Position numbers and translations under genes: made by a program | In this document: positions 1-13,010 of the stretch, in pieces | Numbering within the stretch: the first letter of the stretch is position 1 | How the letters are laid out: each line of letters starts with the position of its first letter | DNA from: Mustelus asterias | Taxonomy: Eukaryota | Direction: 5' to 3' | Length of the DNA stretch: 64,000 nt | Assembly: GCF_964213995.1 (NCBI RefSeq) | Contig: NC_135813.1 | Location: 16,306,001 to 16,370,000, forward strand | The notes under the pieces: generated by a model | Seen by the model: only the letters and a program-made list of their open reading frames with translations | What the model was told of the DNA's origin: nothing | Databases searched by the model: none

Positions 1-2898
1 CTGTAAATACTGACACACCCTGAGAGCCCACTGTAAATACTGTCACACCCTGAGAGCTCCCTGTAAATACTGTCACACCCTGAGAGCTCCCTGTAAATAC
101 TGACACACCCTGAGAGCTCCCTGTAAATACTGACACACCCTGAGAGCCCATTGTAAATACTGTCACACCCTGAGAGCTCCCTGTAAATACTGACACACCC
201 TGAGAGCTCCCTGTAAATACTGACACACCCTGAGAGCCCATTGTAAATACTGTCACACCCTGAGAGCTCCCTGTAAATACTGTCACACCCTGAGAGCTCC
301 CTGTAAATACTGTCCCACCCTGAGAGCTCCCTGTAAATACTGTCACACCCTGAGAGCTCCCTGTAAATACTGACACACCCTGAGAGCTCCCTGTAAATAC
401 TGTCACACCCTGAGAGCCCACTGTAAATACTGACACACCCTGAGAGCCCACTGTAAATACTGTCACACCCTGAGAGCTCCCTGTAAATACTGTCACACCC
501 TGAGAGCTCCCTGTAAATACTGACACACCCTGAGAGCTCCCTGTAAATACTGACACACCCTGAGAGCCCATTGTAAATACTGTCACACCCTGAGAGCTCC
601 CTGTAAATACTGACACACCCTGAGAGCTCCCTGTAAATACTGTCACACCCTGAGAGCCCATTGTAAATACTGTCACACCCTGAGAGCCCATTGTAAATAC
701 TGACACACCCTGAGAGCTCCCTGTAAATACTGACACACCCTGAGAGCTCCCTGTAAATACTGTCACACCCTGAGAGCCCACTGTAAATACTGACACACCC
801 TGAGAGCCCACTGTAAATACTGTCACACCCTGAGAGCCCATTGTAAATACTGACACACCCTGAGAGCCCACTGTAAATACTGTCACACCCTGAGAGCCCA
901 CTGTAAATACTGTCACACCCTGAGAGCCCATTGTAAATACTGTCACACCCTGAGAGCTCCCTGTAAATACTGACACACCCTGAGAGCTCCCTGTAAATAC
1001 TGTCACACCCTGAGAGCTCCCTGTAAATACTGTCACACCCTGAGAGCCCATTGTAAATACTGTCACACCCTGTGAGCCCACTGTAAATACTGTCACACCC
1101 TGAGAGCCCACTGTAAATACTGTCACACCCTGAGAGCCCATTGTAAATACTGACACACCCTGAGAGCCCACTGTAAATACTGTCACACCCTGAGAGCCCA
1201 CTGTAAATACTGTCACACCCTGAGAGCCCATTGTAAATACTGACACACCCTGAGAGCTCCCTGTAAATACTGTCACACCCTGAGAGCCCACTGTAAATAC
1301 TGTCACACCCTGAGAGCCCACTGTAAATACTGTCACACCCTGAGAGCCCATTGTAAATACTGACACACCCTGAGAGCCCACTGTAAATACTGTCACACCC
1401 TGAGAGCTCCCTGTAAATACTGTCACACCCTGAGAGCTCCCTGTAAATACTGACACACCCTGAGAGCTCCCTGTAAATACTGACACACCCTGAGAGCCCA
1501 CTGTAAATACTGACACACCCTGAGAGCTCCCTGTAAATACTGTCACACCCTGAGAGCCCACTGTAAATACTGACACACCCTGAGAGCCCACTGTAGATAC
1601 TGTCACACCCTGAGAGCTCCCTGTAAATACTGTCACACCCTAAGAGCTCCCTGTAAATACTGACACACCCTGAGAGCCCACTGTAAATACTGACACACCC
1701 TGAGAGCTCCCTGTAAATACTGTCACACCCTGAGAGCTCCCTGTAAATACTGACACACCCTGAGAGCCCACTGTAAATACTGACACACCCTGAGAGCTCC
1801 CTGTAAATACTGTCACACCCTGAGAGCCCACTGTAAATACTGACACACCCTGAGAGCTCCCTGTAAATACTGACACACCCTGAGAGCCCACTGTAAATAC
1901 TGTCACACCCTGAGAGCTCCCTGTAAATACTGTCACACCCTGAGAGCTCCCTGTAAATACTGTCACACCCTGAGAGCTCCCTGTAAATACTGTCACACCC
2001 TGAGAGCCCACTGTAGATACTGTCACACCCTGAGAGCTCCCTGTAAATACTGTCACACCCTGAGAGCCCACTGTAAATACTGTCACACCCTGAGAGCCCA
2101 CTGTAAATACTGACACACCCTGAGAGCTCCCTGTAAATACTGTCACACCCTGAGAGCCCACTGTAAATACTGTCACACCCTGAGAGCCCACTGTAAATAC
2201 TGTCACACCCTGAGAGCTCACTGTAAATACTGTCACACACTGAGAGCTCCCTGTAAATACTGTCACACCCTGAGAGCCCACTGTAAATACTGACACACCC
2301 TGAGAGCCCACTGTAAATACTGTCACACCCTGAGAGCTCCCTGTAAATACTGACACACCCTGAGAGCTCCCTGTAAATACTGTCACACCCTGAGAGCTCC
2401 CTGTAAATACTGTCACACACTGAGAGCTCCCTGTAAATACTGTCACACACTGAGAGCTCCCTGTAAATACTGTCACACCCTGAGAGCTCCCTGTAAATAC
2501 TGTCACACCCTGAGAGCTCCCTGTAAATACTGACACACCCTGAGAGCCCACTGTAAATACTGTCACACCCTGAGAGCTCCCTGTAAATACTGACACACCC
2601 TGAGAGCCCACTGTAAATACTGTCACACCCTGAGAGCCCACTGTAAATACTGACACACTCTGAGAGCCCACTGTAAATACTGACACATCCTGAGAGCTCC
2701 CTGTAAATACTGTCACACACTGAGAGCTCCCTGTAAATACTGTCACACCCTGAGAGCTCCCTGTAAATACTGTCACACCCTGAGAGCTCCCTGTAAATAC
2801 TGACACACCCTGAGAGCCCACTGTAATTACTGACACACCCTGAGAGCCCATTGTAAATACTGTCACACCCTGAGAGCTCACTGTAATTACTGACACAC
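1..2898. repeat. 30-bp minisatellite, about 96 units, (C/T)TGTAAATACTG(A/T)CACACCCTGAGAGC(TCC/CCA); runs off the window start
   Basis: Exact 30-bp period visible directly; degenerate related sequence continues to about 3100. Confidence 0.99.
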
Positions 2899-3124
2899 GC
2901 TGGGGAATCCCCTGTCAAATGCCCACATGCAGGAACTTGAAGCACTCGCTGACACCCCTGGGGACCCCATTGCAAACATTGACTCCCACTCCCTCCAAAC
3001 GGCATCCCTTGGAAGTAATGACATTTCCGTGGAAACCCCTTTAAATTACTGGAACTCCCTGGACATTCTGCAAATACCAACATACTGCCAGGGACCAAGC
3101 TACTGAAAGGCGCTTTAATGACAG

Positions 3125-3417
3125 AGAACATAGAACTTAAAACACTACAGCGCAGTACAGGCCCTTCGGCCCTCGATGTTGCGCCGACCAGTGGAACCAA
3201 TCTAAAGCCCCTCTGATCTACACTATTCCAATATCATCCATATGTTTATCCAATAACCATTTGAATGCTCTTAATGTTGACGAGTCCACTACTGCTGCAG
3301 GCGGGGCATTCCACGCCCTTACTACTCTCTGAGTAAAGAACCTACCTCTACCATCTGTCCTATATCTCTCACCCCTCAATTTAAAGCTATGTCCCCTCGT
3401 GCTCGCCATCACCATCA
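3125..3417 (-). mobile_element. CR1-clade LINE 3' end fragment
   Basis: Minus ORF TRGHSFKLRGERYRTDGRGRFFTQRVVRAWN followed by a GGGCCGAAGGGCC 3' tail. Confidence 0.85.
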
Positions 3418-3521
3418 GAGAAGAAATTAAGATTGTTGTTTAAGAAAATATTTATTAATGTACAGAAATAATGTCGATGATACAAGTATCGAATGGAAAA
3501 TTCTCCCGGCTGCACTGGCTG

Positions 3522-3750
3522 CAGGTTTTTTACACAGGGTGTGTTGGGTGCCTGGAACTCGCTGCCGGGGGAGGTAGCAGACACGATAGTGACGTTTAAG
3601 GGGCATCGGGACAAATACATGAATAGGATGAGAATAGAGGGATTTGGTCCCCGGAAGGGTAGGGGGTTTTAGTTGAGTCGGGGCAGCATGGTCGGTGCAG
3701 GCTTGGAGGGCCGAAGGGCCTGTTCCTGTGCTGTAATTTTCTTTATTCTT
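3522..3750 (+). mobile_element. CR1-clade LINE 3' end fragment
   Basis: TTTTACACAGGGTGTGTTGGGTGCCTGGAAC ... GGGCCGAAGGGCCTGTTCCTGTGCTGTA tail. Confidence 0.8.
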
Positions 3751-4297
3751 TGTTCTGGACTGTGTCCACAGCACAGAACTGGCAGAAATCTGGTGACGTT
3801 GTGGGAAGCATTGCCACACAATCTATTTTGGCTGAATCTCAATACTTTTGTGAGCAGATTAATCCCAAGTGGCGCAAGTCACGTCTCTGCGATCAGATTG
3901 ATCGTTGCCCACCAGGCTGAAGTAACATCTACTTCCCGAGCTTCTTACAGGAACAAAGCCTCATTCGATTGATCAGTAAGTGTGTGTATTCAATAACAGT
4001 GCTCACTCCTCTGGATCCATCTGGGTCAAAGGTAAACCTCCTGAGGGCCAGGTTTTCTGTTATTAATTCACAGTGCTTTGCAAACGCTGCATTATCGATA
4101 CGCTGCCTGCACAAAATAATTTCCCTGGTGACGGGCACCATTATTACAAGCTGAATGGGACCTTTGCAAGTCTTGCTCTTCGATGGTGATCCTCTGGAGC
4201 AGGTTCCCACTGGATCTATTGTTGCTGCTCTCATCCTTATCTGCTGCTGTAATCTTCAGTTCGGTGTGGTGTACAACTGATTCTCTTTTCTTCCCAG

Positions 4298-4390
4298 TAC
4301 GAGTTCAAAGCCAAGAACATTAAGAAGAAAAAGGTGAGCATCGTGGTGTCTGTGGACGGAGTGAAGGTTGTTCTGAGGAAAAAGCAAAAG
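4298..4390 (+). CDS. NOS1AP: NOS1AP/CAPON-like, PTB-domain exon (93 bp; [31 protein letters not shown])
   Basis: Polypyrimidine tract plus CCCAG acceptor; peptide recognisable as the NOS1AP PTB segment; non-canonical donor AAG|GCAAGT; phase 0/0. May be a paralog rather than the ortholog. Confidence 0.92.
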
Positions 4391-4545
4391 GCAAGTTCAT
4401 CACTTTGTGCTCTCCTGAGAGTTTTCACTGTTAATTGCCGTTGATAACCATGATCTGTTTCTTTGAGTTGGGGTTTTTGTCTTCACCCCAATGCGTTATT
4501 CTCAGGGCTGTCAGCTCTGGGTCCCGGTTCAATGTTATGACTCTC

Positions 4546-4870
4546 TATAGAATCATAGAAACCCTACAGTGCAGAAGGAGGCCATTCAGCCCATCGAGTC
4601 TGCACCGACAACAATCCCACCCAGACCCTATCCCTGAAACCCCACATATTTACCCTGCTAATCCCTCTAACATACACATCCTGGGACACTAAGGGGCAAT
4701 TTAGCATGGCCAATCAACCTAACCTGTACATCTTTGGACTGTGGGAGGAAACCGGAGCTCCCGGAGGAAACCCATGCAGACACGGGGAGAATGTGTGACC
4801 CAAGGCCGGAATTGAACACAGGTCCCTGGAGCTGTGAGGCAGTAGTGCTAACCACTGTGCCACCGTGCCA
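4546..4870 (-). mobile_element. HE1-type tRNA-derived V-SINE
   Basis: Reverse complement of the GGCACGGTGGCACAGTGGTTAGCACT head, the GGTTTCCTCC V-domain and the GATTCTATGATTCTA tail. Confidence 0.9.
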
Positions 4871-5159
4871 TCCAGTATCACCAGTATACCCATCAGGTCC
4901 ATCCAGCTGTGACTATGCAAAAAAAGCCTGAGGAAAAAGGCAATGTAGGTCAGTCAGCAATAAATCTGATAGGTTTGTTGTTCCATCTATTGTTGCCCTC
5001 TGTACTGTTGCCTGGGAAGAACATTTTCAGGGAACATTCTGTATCCTTAGACCCATTTCCCATCACATTTGTTTGGGAAGTTGAATACACCATCCTGGTG
5101 CGGCACTCCCTCTGTCTGTCCCAATTCCAGCAGCCTGGAGCACCAGTTTCTGATCCATG

Positions 5160-5230
5160 CATCTATCTGTCTGCCTACCTATCTATCTGTCTATCCATCT
5201 ATCTATCTATCTTCTGTCTGCCTGCCTGTC
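5160..5230. repeat. Imperfect (ATCT)n/(CTGC)n microsatellite
   Basis: Seen directly. Confidence 0.8.
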
Positions 5231-6091
5231 CATCGTTCCTTCATCATTACTCTAAATCCAGAAATACTCCACATGATAATATTGATGGAGCACCTTCACA
5301 TCACAGACTGTTGCGGTCCAAGAAGCCGACCCATAATCACCTCTTCAAGAGCAGTTGGATACGGGCAATAGAAACTGGCTTTGCCAGCAATGCCCGCATC
5401 CCGAAAATGGGAAGTGCATGCCATCAGTATCAGTTGTTTCAATGATAGCACCAGTACATCACCACAAAAACCAAAGTTTATCATGCCTGAAGCACCTGCC
5501 TCTGTCTTCCAGTTGTTCAATACAACTTGGGGGAATCGATGCACTTTGCACTCTTGGGGAAATTGTACCGAAGCCAAAACACTTCCTTTTTTGTGCTAAT
5601 ATGATTCTTGAGTTACAACTCAGAGGGCTCCTATCGAAGTGGGAATCCAATCAGCAGCAGTACTTCATCCAGTGATAAACCACACAAACTATTCACTCCC
5701 AAATGTGTTTGGATGGACATTTCCCGTAATCCCATTATTGGCAAGGATGAGCTAGCAGATAAAAAAAGTCCATGCAGACAAGAATTCCTTGAATTACAAA
5801 CTCTGGGACAGTATCACACTCCCTCAGGTTCGCAATCACAGGTGTCTCCCATAAACAGACACCATTGTACCCAAGATCAGGGGTTTTGCATTATCATTAG
5901 ATAATGTGATAGCATGAACTGTGGTCTTTATGGTAAAGCTTCTTGCTAATTGAGTAGAGCACTGCAATCTGACTCATGGTCCTGCTTTGTAGTCAGACTG
6001 ATTGGTATTGCAGTGTGCCAAGGCTAATTGTAAAGGAACAAATGTTTTTCGAACATAAGATTTGCACAAGTGGAATATATGCATGATGAAT

Positions 6092-6290
6092 CCCAAGATG
6101 GGCAGGTTAGATGGATTGGCCATGCTCAATTGCCCCTTGGTGTCCCAAGATGTGTAGGTTAGATGAATGGTAAATGTATGGGGTTACAGGGATAGGGCGG
6201 AGGAGAGGGCCTGGGCAAGATCTTCTGTCAGAGAGTCAGTGCAGACTCGATGGGCCAAATGGCCTCTTCTGAACTGTCGGGATTGTATGA
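6092..6290 (+). mobile_element. HE1-type SINE, 3' half
   Basis: CCCAAGATG..GGTTAG..GGATTGGCCATGCT..GGGCCAAATGGCCTC matches the other copies in the window. Confidence 0.8.
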
Positions 6291-7072
6291 AATACCACCT
6301 ATTCTATAATACTTGTCAAAATATTCCAAATAAACAGTGCGATCACAATTAAGCTAATTTGCCAAATATGTTCAGAAATTTTCTGTTGAGAAAACTCTTT
6401 CCTGGCACGTCTGTCTTTCACCCTTGATTTCCATAGACTGTATGTGCTTGTCCCAGCTGGACAGGAAGCGAAAGACTTGACCTCTGACCTCCCTTCAGTG
6501 ACCCCCTCAGGTTAAAAATCGAACCCTTTCTAGTTGTAGGATCCTGGCAGTTAATCTGTGCTCAGCTCACATGAATGAAGCTGTTCCAACACCGGTGTGG
6601 ATTTTTACTGGATAAACTGATGTGGTATGCAGGATAGAGGTTTCCTTTGAAGCGGACCTACATTCACAGAAGCTGTACATTATCCACGTGAGCTCAGTTT
6701 AATCTGCTATAAATTCATCCAAAATCCTTCTCGTGCTTAGAGATCTCAACACCAACATTGGAAATCGCAGCTTGTGTGAAGTGCATTTTGTTATTTGTAC
6801 ATGCGACCTGGGCATTTATTGCCCATCCCGAATCATTCGTGCTTTACCCAGGAAGCCACCCTACATTCATTTAAAAATCTTCCACTCAAAGGAGCAGCAG
6901 CAATGCAAGAACTTACTGTTTAAATGTATGGTCCTGATCTAAAAAGGTACATTGTGGGGTCAGGTGGCTTGAGCCAGTGAGTCAGGTCAGAGTTTCTTCA
7001 CCCCATAAAGGATTGTGGCTTGTGTATGGAATAAAAGTCATCTTTTAATCAAGAGATGTTATCTTGTTCTAG

Positions 7073-7131
7073 AGAAAGGAATGGACTTGGGATGCGAATA
7101 AGATGCTGGTGATGCATGACCCAATTTACAG
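7073..7131 (+). CDS. NOS1AP: NOS1AP-like exon (59 bp; RKEWTWDANKMLVMHDPIY-R)
   Basis: TTCTAG acceptor, AG|GTATAG donor; KEWTWD..KMLVM.DPIYR motif; phase 0/2. Confidence 0.93.
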
Positions 7132-7563
7132 GTATAGTCATTGTGTGTGCTCTGCCCAAAGCCAGGTCCTTGGCTCAGAGGAGTCTTTCTATATCTCTCT
7201 CGATCTTGTGCCAGTCTTTTCATTTTCCAATAACTTCAATTTTCAAGCCATCCAGCATTGGCATTCTCTTCCTTTTCTTCCTATTTTCCCTTGAAAGCTT
7301 CCCTTCATAACGTCTCTTTTACGAGCCTGTTTCCTTGAGGTAGGGCACATCTTAGAGAAAACGGCTACAGTGCTGATTCTAAATTATGAGGTGGACATCT
7401 ATCTATCCTAATAATGCTCCTGTGAAATGCCTTGGGATAGTACATTGAAGGTGAATTATTAATATACATTCTTTGTTGGTAAAATGATGAGTCGAGTTAT
7501 TGAGGTGCCAGAGACCAACAGTAATTTACAGCACTTTAAACTTCATAGAGAATAGGAATTGAG

Positions 7564-10500
7564 AGTCACTGTGAGCACATTACACTGCACTGGATCCCAT
7601 TCACTGTGAACACATTACACTGCACTGGATCCCAGTCACTGTGAACACATTACACTGCACTGGATCCCAGTCACTGTGAACACATTACACTGCACTGGAT
7701 CCCAGTCACCGTGAACACATTACACTGCACTGGATCTCAGTCACTGTGAACACATTACACTGCACTGGATCTCAGTCACTGTGAACACATTACACTGCAC
7801 TGGATCCCAGTCACTGTGAACACATTACACTGCACTGGATCACAGTAACTGTGAGCACATTACACTGCACTGGACCCCAGTCACTGTGAGCACATTACAC
7901 TGCACTGGATCCCAGTCACTGTGAACACATTACACTGCACTGGATCCCAGTCACCGTGAACACATTACACTGCACTGGATCTCAGTCACTGTGAACACAT
8001 TACACTGCACTGGATCCCAGTCACTGTGAACACATTACACTGCACTGGATCCCAGTCACCGTGAACACATTACACTGCACTGGATCTCAGTCACTGTGAA
8101 CACATTACACTGCACTGGATCTCAGTCACTGTGAACACATTACACTGCACTGGATCCCAGTCACTGTGAACACATTACACTGCACTGGATCACAGTAACT
8201 GTGAGCACATTACACTGCACTGGACCCCAGTCACTGTGAGCACATTACACTGCACTGGACACCAATCACTGTGAGCACATTACACGCACTGGATCCCAGT
8301 CACTGTGAAAACATTACACTGCACTGGATCCCAATCACTGTGAGCACATTACACTGCACTGGATCCCAGTCACTGTGAACACATTACACTGCACTGGATC
8401 CCAGTCACTGTGAGCACATTAGACTGCACTGGATCTCAGTCTGTGCATTGCACTGTACTGGACCCCAGTCACTGTGAGCACAGCACACTGCACTGGATCT
8501 CAGTTACTGTGAGCACATTACACTGTACTGGACCCCAAGTCACTGTGAGCACAGTACACTGCACTGGATCCCAGACACTGTGAGCACATTACACTGCACT
8601 GGACCTCAGTCACTGTGAACACATTACACTGCACTAGATCCCAATCACTGTGAGCACATTACACTGCACTGGAACCCAGTCACTGTGAACACATTACACT
8701 GCACTGGATCCCAATCACTATGAGCACATTACACTGCACTGGATCCCAGTCACTGTGAACACATTACACTGCACTGGATCCCAGTCACTGTGAACACATT
8801 ACACTGCACTGGATCCCAGTCACTGTGAACACATTACACTGCACTGGATCCCAGTCACTGTGAACACATTACAGTGCACTGGATCCCAATCACCATGAAC
8901 ACATTACAGTGCACTGGATCCCAATCACCATGAACACATTACACTGCACTGGATCCCAATCACTGTGAACACATTACACTGCACTGGATCTCAGTCACTG
9001 TGAGCACATTACACTGCACTGGATCCCAGTCACTGTGAACACATTACACAGCACTGGATCCTGGTCACTGTGAGCACATTACACTGCACTGGATCCTGGT
9101 CACTGCGAGCACATTACACTCCTTTGGATCCCAGTCACTGTGAGCACATTACACCGCACTGGATCCCAGTCACTGTGAGCACATTACACTGCACTGGATC
9201 CCAGTCACTGTGAGCACATTAGACTGCACTGGATCTCAGTCTGCATTGCACTGTACTGGACCCCAGTCACTGTGAACACAGTACACTGCACTGGATCTCA
9301 GTCACTGTGAGCACATTACACTGCACTGGATCCCTATCACAGTATGCACATTACACTGTACTGGACCCCAAGTCACTGTGAACACATTACACTGCACTTG
9401 ATCCCAGTCACTGTGAACACATTACACTGCACTGGATCCCAGTCACTGTGAGCACATTACACTGCACTGGTTCCCAGTCACTGTGAGCACATTAGACTGC
9501 ACTGGATCTCAGTCTGCATTGCACTGTACTGGACCCCAGTCACTGTGAACACAGTACACTGCACTGGATCTCAGTCACTGTGAGCACATTACACTGCACT
9601 GGATCCCTATCACAGTATGCACATTACACTGTACTGGACCCCAAGTCACTGTGAGCACAGTACACTGCACTGGATCCCAGTCACTGTGAGCACATTACAC
9701 TGCACTGGACCTCAGTCACTGTGAACACATTACACTGCACTAGATCCCAATCACTGTGAGCACATTACACTGCACTGGATCCCAGTCACTGTGAGCGCAT
9801 TACAGTGCACTGGAACCCAGTCACTGTGAACACGTTGCACTGCACTGGATCCCAATCACTGTGAGCACATTACACTGCATTGGATCTCAGTCACTGTGAA
9901 CACATTACACTGCACTGGATCCCGGTCACTGTGAACACATTACAGTGCACTGGAACCCAGTCACTGTGAACACGTTGCACTGCACTGGATCCCAATCACC
10001 ATGAACACATTACACTCCACTGGATCCCAATCACTGTGAACACATTACACTGCACTGGACCCCAGTCACTGTGAGCACATTACACAGCACTGGATCCTGG
10101 TCACTGCGAGCACATTACACTCCTTTGGATCCCAGTCACTGTGAGCACATTACACCGCACTGGATCACAGTCACTGTGAGCACATTACACTGCACTGGAT
10201 CACAGTCACTGTGAGCACATTACACTGCACTGGATCCCAGTCACTGTGAGCACATTACACTGCACTGGATCCCAGTCACTGTGAGCACATTACACTCCTT
10301 TGGATCCCAGTCACTGTGAGCACATTACACTGCACTGGATCCCAGTCACTGTGAGCACATTACACTGCTTTGGATCCCAGTCACTGTGAGCACATTACAC
10401 TGCACTGGATCCCAGTCACTGTGAGCACGTTACACTGCACTGGATCCCAGTCACTGTGAGCACATTACACTGCACTGGATCCCAGTCACTGTGAGCACAT

Positions 10501-10685
10501 TACACTCCTTTGGATCACAGTCACTGTGAGCACATTACACTGCACTGGATCCCAGTCACTGTGAGCACATTACACTGCACTGGATCCCAGTCACTGTGAG
10601 CACATTACACTTAACTGGATCCCAGTCACTGTGAGCACATTACACTGCTTTGGATCACAGTCACTGTGAGCATGTTGCAGTGCAT
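7564..10685. repeat. 35-bp minisatellite, about 89 units, TCACTGTGA(A/G)CACATTACACTGCACTGGATCCCAG
   Basis: 35-bp period visible directly; contains higher-order duplicated blocks. Confidence 0.99.
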
Positions 10686-10980
10686 TTCTTTATATGTCTT
10701 TTTAAACTTTGCATCCAAAGTTAATTCAAGTGATGGATCATTTAAAAATTACTGATAGTTAAACAATTTTCTCACCGGCTATGTTGTGAACTTACAAAAC
10801 TAATCAATAAGTTATAAAGTGAGGAATCTAGGTGGGAGCAAGTGCTTCTAAACAATGAGAGATTAAGAAACCCAAAAGAGTCCTGATTGAGCAGATGGGA
10901 GAAGATAGCAGAGTTTATTTGATGGACTATGATGTGTATTTGATGTGATAATGGCCACACTGCTGATGTTTTCCATGTCT

Positions 10981-12177
10981 TAGAATCATAGAGGTTTACG
11001 GCATGGAAACAGGCCCTTCGGCCCAACTTGTCCATGCCGCCCTTTTTTTTTAAACGACTAAGCTAGTCCCAATTGCCCGCATTTGGCCCAAATCCCTCAA
11101 TATCATCTGATTCATAATGTCTTTTAAAAGACAAAATTGTACCCACCTCTACTACTACCTCTGGCAACTTGTTCCAGACACTCACCACCCTCTCTGTGAA
11201 AAAATGCCCCTCTGGACACTTTTGTATCTCTCCCCTTGCACCTTAAGCCTATGCCCTCTAGTTTTAGACTCCCCTACCTTTGGGAAAATATATTGACTAT
11301 CTAGCTGATCTATGCCCCTTATTATTTTATAAGATCACCCGTCAGCCTCCTACACTGCTGAGAAGAAAGTCCCAGTCTATCCAGCCTCTCCTTATAACTC
11401 AAACCATCAAGTCCCAGTAGCATCCTAATAAATCTTTTCTGCACTCTTTCTAGTTTGATAATATAGTTTCTATAATAGGGTGACCAGAACTGTACACAGT
11501 ATTCCAGGTGTGGCCTTGCCAATGTCTTGTACAACTTCAACAAGATGTCCCAACTCCTGTATTCAATGTTCTGACCAATGAAACCAGGCATGCCAAATGC
11601 CTTCTTCACCACCCTGTCCACCTGTGACTCCACTTTCAATGAGCTATGAATATGTACCCCTAGACCTTTTTGTTCCATAACTCTCCTCAACGCCCTACCA
11701 TTAACTGAGTAACTGGTTCGTTCTACCAAAATGCATCAGTTCGCATTTATTTAAATCAAACTCCATCTGCCATTCATCAGCCCACTGGCCCAATTGATCA
11801 AGATCCCGTTGCAATCGAAGATAACACTCTTCACTGTCCACTATGCCACCAATTTTGGTGTCATCTGCAAACTTACTAATCATGCCTCCTACATTCTCAT
11901 CCAAATCATTAATATAAATGACAAATAACAGTGGACCCAACACCGATCCCTGAGGCACACCGCTGGTCACAGGCCTCCAGTTTGAAAAACAACCCTCTAC
12001 AACCACCCTCTGTCTTCTGTCATCAAGCCAATTTTGTATCCATTTGGCTACCACACCCTGGATCCCGTGAGATTTGATCAACAACCTACCATGCGGTACC
12101 TTGTCAAAGGCCTTGCCAAAGTCCATGTAGACAACATCAACTGCACTGCCCTCATCTACCTTCTTGGTTACCCCTTG
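10981..12177 (-). mobile_element. 5'-truncated CR1 LINE (RT region to 3' tail), frameshifted
   Basis: Minus ORFs with DFGKAFDKVPH, GVPQGSVLGPLLF, KFADDTK and RPHLEYCVQFWSP. Confidence 0.95.
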
Positions 12178-12631
12178 TTGAATATTTGGACCCTCATGTG
12201 ATGGAGCTGAGATTATGTGAATTTTAAAATTAAAATCATCCATCGTTTGAGACTAAATTGCCTTCAATGCTAATAATAATAGACCAAGGCCTTGGCATTA
12301 GAAATAGTGAGAGTTCAGCCTTTTCTGAGGAATGGCTGTTACAGTGGGAATATTAAACATCATTAATTGGGCAATAGCCACTTATTGGAGCCTTAAGTCA
12401 GGAATTCCCTGTGAACAAAGTACAGTATTCATCTTGTTTGGTGAATTCTGGACCTCCTGGATTCTTGCTGTTGGCAGGTGTGTATATTCAAGGCATGTTG
12501 GTCCTACACTCACTCATTTAGTTGGCTCCCTCTCCTTTTTTGTCCCCATTGCTGCCTAATGCGGAATATTAATGGTAGTCTGGAGTTGGAGGTGATTAAA
12601 TTGTGTATAAGAATGCTTGGGCTATCAGGAG

Positions 12632-12937
12632 CTGTGGTCTCGCAGTGGTCAGCACTGCTGCCTCCCAGTGCCAGGGACCCAGTTTCAGTTCCGGCCTTGG
12701 GTCACTGTCTGTGTGGAGTCTGCACGTTGTCCCCGTGGGTTTCCTCTGGGTGCTCCAGTGTCCTCCCACAATCCCAAGATGTGTAGGTTAGATGGATTGG
12801 CCATGGTAAATGTATGGGGCTATGGGGATAGAGTGGAGGGGTGAGAGCATGGGTAGGATACTCTGTTGGAGAGTTGGTGCAGACTCGTTGGGCCGAATGA
12901 CCTCCTTCTGCACTGTAGGGATTGTATGATTCTATGA
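12632..12937 (+). mobile_element. HE1-type SINE
   Basis: Head, V-domain and CACTGTAGGGATTGTATGATTCTATGA tail. Confidence 0.9.
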
Positions 12938-13010
12938 ATATAGGAACAGGAATAGGCCATTTAGCCCTTCAGGCTTGCTCTGCCATTTGATAATATCAAG
13001 GGTGACTGAG

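Noticed and set aside
1640-2896. 418-aa minus-strand ORF of SQGVTVFTGS repeats
   Set aside because: It arises from a 30-bp unit with no stop in one frame. It has no ATG start, lies antisense in an intron, and ends at a single unit mutation.
1-10685. Tandem arrays resembling CRISPR arrays
   Set aside because: Units are directly adjacent with no unique spacers, there are no cas genes, and the context is a vertebrate intron.
7564-10685. RSS heptamer (CACTGTG/CACAGTG) in most 35-bp units
   Set aside because: There is no ACAAAAACC-like nonamer at 12 or 23 bp spacing and no antigen-receptor segments nearby.
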